Below, piece after piece: positions 19,276-26,803 of a stretch of DNA of 64,000 nt; the stretch's first letter is position 1, and every line of letters starts with the position of its first letter. The position numbers and the translations under genes are program-made. Where the stretch lies: positions 193,254-257,253 of the forward strand of contig CAWEJK010000002.1 of assembly GCA_963809425.1 (NCBI GenBank), read 5' to 3'. The DNA is from Thermoanaerobaculia bacterium (GTDB taxonomy: Bacteria; Acidobacteriota; Thermoanaerobaculia; UBA5066). Below the pieces are notes generated by a model. The model worked only from the letters and a program-made list of their open reading frames with translations, was not told the DNA's origin and made no database searches.

Positions 19276-21630
19276 TCAGGTTCTGACTCCAAGGAGACCC
19301 CACGCCGCCCCGAGACCGAAGAACACATTCGGCGCCCAGGCGGCGAGGAGGGGAGGAATGGCTCCCTGCTCTCCGAACGAGACGAGGAGCGCGGAAAGGA
19401 ACAGGTAGGTCAGGCCGAGGAACAGGGCGACGCCGACGCCCGCGACGGCGCCGCGCTTCCCGTACGCGAAGGCGAAGGGGAGTCCGACGAGCGTCAGGAG
19501 CAGAGCGGACGCCGCCGCTGCCGTCTTCTGGTGCAGCCCCGTCGCGAGCATTGCGGTGCCGGCACCCGCCCGGCGCCGCACCTCGATGAAGCGCGCGAGC
19601 TCGCGATAGGTCATCTGGCGCGGGTCGGCCTGGCCGGCGGCGAAACCGGCCGCGGCTTCGGGCGCTTCGATGAAGAACGGGCCGTCGCGCCGGATGGCGA
19701 GGGCATGGCCCTCGGTGAACGTGCGGATCCAGCCGTCTTCCGCGAAGAGGCCCTTCCCGGGGGCGAGGCGTGCCCGCGCCGCATCGAAACGGGAGACGAG
19801 CCTCCAGGTCGACGGATCGATCTGGAGGACCGACACGGCGGTGGCCATGCGGGAGGCCGGCTCGTAAGCGTCCGCGGAATAGAAACGCCCCGCGTCGCCG
19901 CGGAACCAGGCGCCACCGACGCTGCTGACCGGAGGCGCCTGTCCTTTCAACAGAAACCTGAGTCGATCGGCTTCCGAGGCGGCCGTGGGGACGACGCGCT
20001 CGGCGAAGACGAAGAGGAAGCCTCCGGCGATCACGGCGAGGACGAGGATCGGGGCCGTCGTCCGGTAGAGAGAGACGCCGTGCGCGAGAAGGGCGGTCGT
20101 CTCGGCTGAGCGCACGAGGCTCGCGATCGTGACGAGGGCCGCGACGAGGAAGGCGAACGGCACGATGGTCAGAATGATCGGGGAGAGCGACGCCTGGACG
20201 TAGCGGAGGATCATGGAAATCGGCGGCCGATGTCGAGCAATGTCGTCCGAAATCTCGAGGTAGTCGATCAGCACGTAGAGGATGGCGATCGAGGCCACGA
20301 CGAGGGCGAAGGTGCCGAGGAATCGCCTCGCGATGTATCGGTCGACGAGAAGGAGGCCCGGCAGGGAAGAGCGGCGGCCGGTCGTCGTGACCGGGCGTTC
20401 GGAGAGGGCAGGGGCGGCGCCCGGGCGGGACCCGCTGCCCTCGAAACGCGCGGCGAGAGGCGCCGATTTGAACAGGGCGAAGATGCTCTTGTCGCGCCGC
20501 ACGCGAGCGAGGGCATAGGCGCCGAAGGCGAGCAGCAGGAGATTCGGCAGCCACATGGCGAGGCCGGGCGACATGCGGCCCTCGATCGCGCGCGCCTCGC
20601 CGGTCGCGAGGAGGGCGTAGTAGAGGAGGACGATCCCGATGGACACCGTGAACCCGGCCGCGCGGCCTCCGCGCCTGTTGACGATTCCGAGGGGGAGCCC
20701 GATCAGACCGAAGACGAGGCAGGCGGCAGGTAACGCGAATTTCTTGTGGACCTCCGTCAGGGCGAGCCGGCGGTCCTCCGGACGGCGCGTCCGCGCGCCG
20801 GCGCGCTCGAGAAGCTCGCGGAGGGTCTGTTCCCGGATCTGCTTTTCGGAGACGCCCAGCGTCGGCCCGTTGTCCTGCAGCACCATGCGCTGCCGCGAGA
20901 ACGACGTGACGTCGTACCGTCGGCCGTCCTCGGCGATGTGGTGTCGCTCGGCGTCCTCGACGCGAAGCCACAAACGGCCCTGGTCCTCCTCGAGCTCGAG
21001 CCAGCCGCGGCGCGCGAGCGTCAGCTGCGCGCCTTCGGGATTGGACCGGTCCGAGATGATGAGTCCGGTGAGCTCACGGCGGTCCGGGGACGCCCCTTCG
21101 GCGTAGACGCGGAGGCCGGCGATCTCCGGGCTGAATACGCCGGGCTGGATTCTCTGGGCGAACGCAAAGCTCGAGAGGCGGAGCTTCATCGCGTAAAGGA
21201 GATGATTCGTGCGCGGTACGACGGCGAGCATCAGGACGAGCGTCACGCCCGCGGTCGCGGCGGCAAGGGCTCCGATCGGGCGGTAGAGCACGAGGAGATC
21301 GACGCCCGACGCCCGAAGGGCGGTCAGCTCGGAGTCGGCCGAGAGGCGGCCGATCCCGATGAGAAGCCCGAGAAGAAACGCGATGGGCAGCGTGAGGACC
21401 ACGATGTGCGGCAGAGACAGCGCGACGACGACGGCGGCTTCCGCAAACGGGCGTTCGCTCTGAACGAGGAGCTCGGAGAACTGCACGAGGCCGCGCACGG
21501 CCATGAACCCGGTATAGGCGAGAAAGCCGACGACCGTGGGCCCGGCCACCTCCTGAAAGACGTACCGGTTCAGGCGCGAGAGCACGCCGGATCGTAGCCG
21601 AACAGGCCGCTTTCCCAGGCCCAAACGCAA
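19276..21630 (-). CDS. Fused LptF-LptG lipopolysaccharide export permease (two YjgP/YjgQ modules in one ORF)
   Basis: 784 aa. The first module begins LNRYVFQEVAGP and the second LVDRYIARRFLGTF. Each has a 6-TM pattern with a periplasmic beta-jellyroll insert. Listed TTG start is uncertain. Confidence 0.8.
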   Translation of the reverse strand: MRLGLGKRPVRLRSGVLSRLNRYVFQEVAGPTVVGFLAYTGFMAVRGLVQFSELLVQSERPFAEAAVVVALSLPHIVVLTLPIAFLLGLLIGIGRLSADSELTALRASGVDLLVLYRPIGALAAATAGVTLVLMLAVVPRTNHLLYAMKLRLSSFAFAQRIQPGVFSPEIAGLRVYAEGASPDRRELTGLIISDRSNPEGAQLTLARRGWLELEEDQGRLWLRVEDAERHHIAEDGRRYDVTSFSRQRMVLQDNGPTLGVSEKQIREQTLRELLERAGARTRRPEDRRLALTEVHKKFALPAACLVFGLIGLPLGIVNRRGGRAAGFTVSIGIVLLYYALLATGEARAIEGRMSPGLAMWLPNLLLLAFGAYALARVRRDKSIFALFKSAPLAARFEGSGSRPGAAPALSERPVTTTGRRSSLPGLLLVDRYIARRFLGTFALVVASIAILYVLIDYLEISDDIARHRPPISMILRYVQASLSPIILTIVPFAFLVAALVTIASLVRSAETTALLAHGVSLYRTTAPILVLAVIAGGFLFVFAERVVPTAASEADRLRFLLKGQAPPVSSVGGAWFRGDAGRFYSADAYEPASRMATAVSVLQIDPSTWRLVSRFDAARARLAPGKGLFAEDGWIRTFTEGHALAIRRDGPFFIEAPEAAAGFAAGQADPRQMTYRELARFIEVRRRAGAGTAMLATGLHQKTAAAASALLLTLVGLPFAFAYGKRGAVAGVGVALFLGLTYLFLSALLVSFGEQGAIPPLLAAWAPNVFFGLGAAWGLLGVRT

Positions 21631-21636
21631 CGTCCG

Positions 21637-21650
21637 ATAATATTTATTAT
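21637..21650. promoter_or_regulatory. AT-only palindrome ATAATA-TT-TATTAT in the lptFG upstream region
   Basis: 14-bp perfect inverted repeat. On the coding strand, TATTAT lies 6 nt upstream of the listed TTG start. Confidence 0.3.
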
Positions 21651-21713
21651 GTTAAATTCTAGAGACCAGTCGCCTGAAAACATAAGGTGGGAGTCAAGGG
21701 AGGGTCCGCCGGG

Positions 21714-21791
21714 GATTTCTTGGAAAGGAAGAAAGAAAGAGGAAAGACTCCCTCTTGATTCTCTTTCTTTCTAAGAGGTCTTCTTCTTCGC
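21714..21791. repeat. Short core-less variant of the inverted-repeat element, overlapping the parB stop
   Basis: GATTTCTTGGAAAGGAAGAAAGAAAGAGGAAAGA / TCTCTTTCTTTCTAAGAGGTCTTCTTC. The parB TAG stop (21771-21773) lies in the R arm. Confidence 0.6.
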
Positions 21792-22676
21792 TTTCGCCTT
21801 CACGAACCGGCCCTGGGTTTCGAGGTCGATGTCCCCCGCCTCGATTCGGCGCGCGAGATCTCGGATCGCATCGAGAATCTCGTCCCTCTTGTGGAGACGC
21901 CCCTTGAGCACGACGCTCACTCTGTAGTTCCGCTCCGCGGGAGTGAAGTCGAGCGTGTACGCCTTTCTGAGTCCTCCGAGCTTCGTACCGGTCCCTCGGC
22001 GCGCGTCCTTCTTCGCCTCTCTGAGAACGTCCCGGCTCACCCCGCCGCCGCTCGCCATCGCTGCGACGGCGGCGAGCATGAGGTCCTCGTCCTTCAGGCG
22101 GCCGAGCTCGAGGAGGAAGGATCGCGAGCCGATGTCGGCGCGCCGACACTCCGTCTGGACGCGATCCGGGAGCCGCCCGATCGAGAGCGCCTCGGTGATC
22201 GTGACGCGCGATTTCCCGACGGCATCCGCGATCTGTTCGTGTGTGTATCCGTGGCGTTCCTGGAGCGCACGGTAGCCCTCGGCCTCTTCGAACGGGCTGA
22301 GATCCTTGCGCTGCAGGTTCTCGACGAGCGCGATCTCGAGCAGCTCGTTGTCCGGAACGTCCATCTCGATGCACGGAATCTCCGCGAGGCCGGCGTCCAG
22401 CGCGGCGCGGAACCGGCGCTCTCCGGAGATGATCGTGAATCGACCGTCGCCCCTCGGGCGGACGAGGATGGGCTCGAGGACGCCCTTGTCGAGGATGGAC
22501 TTCGTGAGCTCGGAGAGATCTCCCATCGCGCTCCGGGGCTGATCCGGATTCGCCTCGATGAGGTGAATGGCGATGCGGCGCCCCACCGGAAGCTCATCCG
22601 CGCGGACGAGCTGATCGACGAAGTGAGAGTCGTGACGCATACGCGAGGATTCGGGGAGGCCGCGGCGCTTAGACAC
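21771..22676 (-). CDS. parB: Chromosome partitioning protein ParB/Spo0J
   Basis: LEPILVRPRGDGRFTIISGERRFRAA and LVENLQRKDLSPFEEAEGY motifs, plus the HTH QIADAVGKSRVTITEAL. Confidence 0.92.
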   Translation of the reverse strand: MSKRRGLPESSRMRHDSHFVDQLVRADELPVGRRIAIHLIEANPDQPRSAMGDLSELTKSILDKGVLEPILVRPRGDGRFTIISGERRFRAALDAGLAEIPCIEMDVPDNELLEIALVENLQRKDLSPFEEAEGYRALQERHGYTHEQIADAVGKSRVTITEALSIGRLPDRVQTECRRADIGSRSFLLELGRLKDEDLMLAAVAAMASGGGVSRDVLREAKKDARRGTGTKLGGLRKAYTLDFTPAERNYRVSVVLKGRLHKRDEILDAIRDLARRIEAGDIDLETQGRFVKAKAKKKTS

Positions 22677-23430
22677 GGGAAAGAATCTCCTCCGTCAGGC
22701 TGTAGTACTCGAGCGCGCCCGACGAACGCGGAGCGAAGCTGAAGATGGATTCTCGATACGCGGGCGATTCCTCGAGTCGTATGGACTTCGAAATCGTCGT
22801 CTTGAAGAGCTTCTCCTTGAACACCTGATGGATCTGACCCTGGATGTCTTTTCCGAGCGTCGTGCGCTTGTCGTGGAGAGTGATAACGACGCCGAGGATC
22901 TGGAGATTCGGGTTCGGACGGCTCTTGATCTTCTCGATCGTCTCGAGCAGATCGTCCGTGCCCTCCAATGCAAAGTAGGACGACTGGATCGGAATCAGGA
23001 TGTGGGTGGAAGCGACGAGCGCGTTCACCGTGATCATGCCGAGCGTGGGCGGGGTGTCGATCAGGATGGCGTCGTACTCCCCTGACTCCCTGACGACCTG
23101 AAACTTGTCCTTCAGCCTGAAGTGACCGTCGATCTCCCCGAGCAGCTTGGACTCGACCTTCGCGAGCGAGATGCGCGCAGGCGCGACGGTGAGCTTCGGG
23201 ATCTTCGTGGGCTTGATGATGTCGAACACGGACGCGGTCGAATCCGTCAGGACGTCGTACATCGATTTCTCGACATCCTTGCGGTCGAGGAAGGACATTG
23301 TGGAATTGCCTTGCGGGTCCAGGTCGACGAGCAGGGTCCGGAGACCTTTTTGGGCGAGCGCAGCGGCGAGGTTGATCGCCGTCGTGGTTTTTCCCACGCC
23401 GCCCTTCTGATTCGCAACGGTGATGATCAT
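22669..23430 (-). CDS. parA: Chromosome partitioning ATPase ParA/Soj
   Basis: Deviant Walker A: IITVANQKGGVGKTTTAINLAAALA. Confidence 0.93.
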   Translation of the reverse strand: MIITVANQKGGVGKTTTAINLAAALAQKGLRTLLVDLDPQGNSTMSFLDRKDVEKSMYDVLTDSTASVFDIIKPTKIPKLTVAPARISLAKVESKLLGEIDGHFRLKDKFQVVRESGEYDAILIDTPPTLGMITVNALVASTHILIPIQSSYFALEGTDDLLETIEKIKSRPNPNLQILGVVITLHDKRTTLGKDIQGQIHQVFKEKLFKTTISKSIRLEESPAYRESIFSFAPRSSGALEYYSLTEEILSRV

Positions 23431-23505
23431 GCGCTGGAGTCGCGGATGATACGGAGGGTGCGCGGGCGCATCAAGGAAGAATCGCTGCGTCGCGCGCCAA
23501 GAACG

Positions 23506-23991
23506 CTACATCCGGTACTTGCCGAGTGTGTCCGGATCCGCTTCCTCGAGCCACTTTCGGAGCCGCTCGGAGTTCTGCGCCTCCGAGGTGTCTTCCCCGC
23601 TGCGGCTTTTTTCAAGAACCGATTCTTCCACGAATACCGGCGCGGCCAGCCGGAGGGCCAGAGCAATCGCATCGGAGGGCCGGCTGTCGACGAGCAATTC
23701 CCGGTTCGCGACACGGAGGTGGATCTGCGCGTAGAACGTGTTTTCCTTGAGGTTGTTGATGACGACCCTCAGGACGTCGCCATCGATCTGCGTGATGAGG
23801 TTCTTCAGAAGGTCGTGCGTCATCGGCCTGGGCGTCGTGACGCCCTCCATCTGGAGAGCGATCGCATTCGCTTCGAAGATGCCGACCCAGATCGGAAGAA
23901 AGTTCTTTTCATCCGCATCGCGCAGGATCACGACCGGCATGTTCGCGATCGGGTCCACGATAAGGGCCTTGACCTCCATCCTGACGCTCAA
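23506..23991 (-). CDS. Bifunctional nuclease domain protein (DUF151/BFN family)
   Basis: 161 aa. Contains PVVILRDADEKNFLPIWVGIFEANAI...RPMTHDLL...DSRPSDAIALALR. TTG start with AGGAGA 7 nt upstream. Confidence 0.75.
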   Translation of the reverse strand: MSVRMEVKALIVDPIANMPVVILRDADEKNFLPIWVGIFEANAIALQMEGVTTPRPMTHDLLKNLITQIDGDVLRVVINNLKENTFYAQIHLRVANRELLVDSRPSDAIALALRLAAPVFVEESVLEKSRSGEDTSEAQNSERLRKWLEEADPDTLGKYRM

Positions 23992-24011
23992 ACAGAGTTC
24001 TCCTAAGACTC

Positions 24012-24040
24012 AATCTAGGTAGTAAGGCGCTCGAATGCAA
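24012..24040 (-). promoter_or_regulatory. Candidate sigma70-type promoter for the BFN-parA-parB operon
   Basis: Coding strand reads TTGCAT-N17-TAGATT, about 20 nt upstream of the SD and TTG start. Confidence 0.35.
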
Positions 24041-24083
24041 GGCACGGTCCGCAGAGGAATGTTCTCGCCAAACGTTAACTTCT

Positions 24084-24240
24084 TTTCTTAGAATGGTTTA
24101 TAGAAGATTTTCGCGGCCCGAAATGAGCTCGGGACTCGAGTCCGAGACACCCATCCGAACGACATTCGAAGAAATCCCCTCTTCGGTCTTCTCCTCGATC
24201 TTTTCTTCGGTCTTTTTCTCGGTCCTGCCCTGTCTTCTTC
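24084..24240. repeat. Low-GC inverted-repeat element copy forming the 3-prime end of the miaB ORF
   Basis: F arm TTTCTTAGAATGGTTTATAGAAG. Core has a perfect GGACTCGAGTCC palindrome. R arm CATTCGAAGAAATCCCC (24163-24179). CT-rich tract runs to about 24240. Confidence 0.75.
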
Positions 24241-25564
24241 CGAGCAGAGAATTCGGAAATCCCCGGTCGATCCGTACGTCGACGAGCGTCCCGGGGGCGA
24301 GATCGGGTCCGTCCAGAATGTTCACGACGCGGCCGCAGCGCGATCGGCCGGAGCTGTTGCGCCTCTTGCGGTCGAGGCCTTCCACGAGCACCTCGAGCGT
24401 CTGTCCCTCGAGGGCGCGGTTCAGGCCGCGCTGGACGTCCTGCTGGAGCGCCTCGAGCCGCACGAGGCGCGAGGAGGCCTCCTGCGGCGTCACGTCGTGC
24501 TCCCACCGAAGCGCCGCCGTTTGCGGGCGCGGCGAGTACGTGAACGAGAAGACGCCGGCAAAGCGCACCTCTTCGAAGAGGGACAGAGTTTCGGCGAAGT
24601 CGGCCTCCGACTCGCCCGGGAACCCCACGATGACGTCGGTCGAAAGCGCGAGGCCGGGAACCGCCGAGCGGATCCGCCCGACGAGGTCGAGGTATTCCCC
24701 GCGCGTGTACTGGCGTTTCATGCGCCGGAGAACGGCGTCGGAGCCCGACTGCACGGGCAGGTGAAGCGCCGGAACGACCGCGGGCGTCTCGCGCATCGCG
24801 ACGACGAGCCGGTCCGTGAAATCGCGCGGGTGGGAGGTCACGAAGCGCAAGCGCCGGATTCCTGGGATGGCACCGACCGCGCGCAGGAGGTCCGCGAGAT
24901 CCTCGCCCGTCTCGGGATCGCGGAACGCGTTCACGGTCTGGCCGAGAAGCTCGATTTCGATCGCGCCGCCCTCCACCAGGGAACGCGCCTCCTCGACGAC
25001 GTCGCGGAGGCGACGGTTTCGCTCGCGCCCCCGGGTGCGGGGAACCACGCAGAACGTGCAGTTCTTGTTGCAGCCTTCGATCACCGTGATTCCCGCGCGG
25101 TACGACACCGCGTGCGCGACGGCGCCGGGCGTGTAGACGACCTCGTCCGGGTCGAAGCCGGTCTCGCAGGGCCGGTCACCCTCTTCGTCGACGCGGCGCA
25201 GCACCGACGGGAGGGCCTCGATTCGCCCGGTCCCGAGCACGAAATCGACGTGGGGAAGCCGCTCCAGCAGGCTCTCCCCTTCCTGCTGCGCCACACAGCC
25301 GCACACGCCGAGGACCGTCCCCGGGCGCTCGCGCTTCATCTTCGCGAGACGGCCGATCCGGTCGTAGACCTTCTGCTCGGCCTTGTCGCGCACCGAGCAG
25401 GTGTTGAGGAGAACGACGTCGGCGTCCTCGGCAGACGAGGCCTCGACGATTCCCTGCCGCCCGAGCAGCCCGACGAACCGCCGACCGTCGAGCACGTTCA
25501 TCTGGCAGCCCCACGTCTCCACGAAGACGCTCCGGGCCGGACCTGCTCGCGGAGGCACCTTCAC
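24098..25564 (-). CDS. miaB: tRNA-i6A37 methylthiotransferase (radical SAM, MiaB family)
   Basis: VFVETWGCQMNVLD, the radical-SAM CNKNCTFCVVP motif, and a TRAM domain. The last ~45 aa (GRTEKKTEEKIEEKTEEGISSNVV...) are read from the repeat element. Confidence 0.9.
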   Translation of the reverse strand: MKVPPRAGPARSVFVETWGCQMNVLDGRRFVGLLGRQGIVEASSAEDADVVLLNTCSVRDKAEQKVYDRIGRLAKMKRERPGTVLGVCGCVAQQEGESLLERLPHVDFVLGTGRIEALPSVLRRVDEEGDRPCETGFDPDEVVYTPGAVAHAVSYRAGITVIEGCNKNCTFCVVPRTRGRERNRRLRDVVEEARSLVEGGAIEIELLGQTVNAFRDPETGEDLADLLRAVGAIPGIRRLRFVTSHPRDFTDRLVVAMRETPAVVPALHLPVQSGSDAVLRRMKRQYTRGEYLDLVGRIRSAVPGLALSTDVIVGFPGESEADFAETLSLFEEVRFAGVFSFTYSPRPQTAALRWEHDVTPQEASSRLVRLEALQQDVQRGLNRALEGQTLEVLVEGLDRKRRNSSGRSRCGRVVNILDGPDLAPGTLVDVRIDRGFPNSLLGRRQGRTEKKTEEKIEEKTEEGISSNVVRMGVSDSSPELISGRENLL

Positions 25565-25583
25565 TTTGAGAGCTTAGCAGCAA

Positions 25584-25697
25584 GGAGAAAGAGAAGAATC
25601 GGGGGCGAGGCCGCGAGTCGCGCCGGAACGCCGCCCAGCGACGAGACGCGCAACACCTTCTAAGAAATCCTCGGCCTCATATCTTCTATCTTGGCTC
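25584..25697. repeat. Inverted-repeat element copy with degenerate left arm, between miaB start and upstream gene stop
   Basis: GGAGAAAGAGAAGAATCGGGGG ... GC core ... CACCTTCTAAGAAATCC (25654-25670) ... ATCTTCTATC. Confidence 0.6.
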
Positions 25698-25699
25698 TA

Positions 25700-26423
25700 C
25701 TATCGCAGCCAGCCGGGCGGGGCATTCGACTTCCGTGCGTCCTCGGAAAGGTCGTCGAGAACCCTTCGGGCGTCTTCGAGCTCCTGCCGGGCCTTCGTGA
25801 GGTCCTCGCGGGACCGGTCCCACGCAGGCTTGACGACCGCATCCCGGCGGTTGCCGTCGCTCATCGCGTAGAAGTCGTTCTCGAGTTGCTTCGTCTTCGT
25901 CTCGAGGTCGCGCACCCGGGCCTCCCCGTCCGTGACGAGGGCCTTCTGGTGAGCCACGAGCGTCCTCCAGTCGGCTTCGCTCCGGCCCTTGTCGTCGCGG
26001 GCGACGTCGGGAGCGCCCGGGGTGGGAGTCGGCGAAGCCGCGCCGCGCGCGGCCTTCCCCTGCGCGGTCCTGGCGGAAGCCCCCTTGCCGGACGTGCCCT
26101 TGCCCGATGCGGGTGTCGGGGTCGCGCCCTTCAGGAGATTCTCGTTCGTGATCGTGCCGAGGGACTTCTTCGGGGGCTTCTCCTTCCGATTCTCTTTCGA
26201 CTGCTTGACGACGTCGGCGAGAGAGCTGCCGCGTCCGGCGCCCGGAATCCCGGCCTTTCCTCCGGACAGGACCGACGAGGTCGGACCCGGAGTCGGCGTG
26301 GGCGTGAGCGAGGTCGCCGAAGCCGGAGTCGGTTCCACGTCTCAGGCCGGACAGCGCGGGCTCCTGAGCGTCCGCCCGAATGAACGCGAGACCCGCGAGG
26401 ACGAAAAGCGAGGCACACTTCAT
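25700..26423 (-). CDS. Secreted low-complexity/coiled-coil protein, reading frame broken near 26340
   Basis: ATG 26423 overlaps the cupin stop (ATGA) and encodes the signal peptide MKCASLFVLAGLAFIRADAQEP. The plausible mature part (TPTPTPGP...KQLENDFYAMSDGNRRD...) is in another frame (listed ORF 25700..26338). Length 724 nt = 3n+1. Confidence 0.55.
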
Positions 26424-26803
26424 GGCTTGGACGTCCCTTCCCGCCCGTAGCGGTCCTCGAGCCTGACGACGTCGTCGAGCTCCGGCGTCGAGACTTCGAC
26501 GAGAAGGCAGTCGGCGCCCGCCGCATACATTCGGTGGCGCGTTCCCGGGGTCACGTGAAAGTTCTCTCCGGGGGCCAGCCGAAGGTCCGCTCTCTCGCCC
26601 TCTGTCTCGACCTCGAGTCCGAGCGTTCCTTCGAGCACGTGGATCGTCTCTTCCTTGCGGTTGTGGTACTGGAACGAGAGCGACTCGCCCGCGCGGATCA
26701 GGATCAGCTTTCCGGCGTAACGCCCGGTTTCCGCGAAGATCCGCTCCTCGCCCCAGGGCTTCGGGACGATCCGGGGACCGCGGGAAGAGAGCCGATCGCT
26801 CAT
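26420..26803 (-). CDS. Cupin domain protein (mannose-6-phosphate isomerase type II C-terminal-like)
   Basis: 127 aa from ATG 26803. Contains KPWGEERIFAETGRYAGKLILIRAGESLSFQYHNRKEETIHVLEG and PGTRHRM. Confidence 0.75.
   Translation of the reverse strand: MSDRLSSRGPRIVPKPWGEERIFAETGRYAGKLILIRAGESLSFQYHNRKEETIHVLEGTLGLEVETEGERADLRLAPGENFHVTPGTRHRMYAAGADCLLVEVSTPELDDVVRLEDRYGREGTSKP

Noticed and set aside
21771-25564. BFN nuclease-ParA-ParB-miaB neighbourhood as a possible plasmid-like or defence module
   Set aside because: ParA has the chromosomal Soj-type Walker box, ParB is Spo0J-like, and the flanks are core genes (lptFG, miaB, PTS/rpoN). Nothing indicates a mobile or defence context.
26551-26560. 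parS-like TCACGTGAAA near the parAB region
   Set aside because: Only the central 10 nt match the TGTTTCACGTGAAACA consensus. The flanks are not palindromic, and it lies inside the cupin CDS 3 kb from parB.
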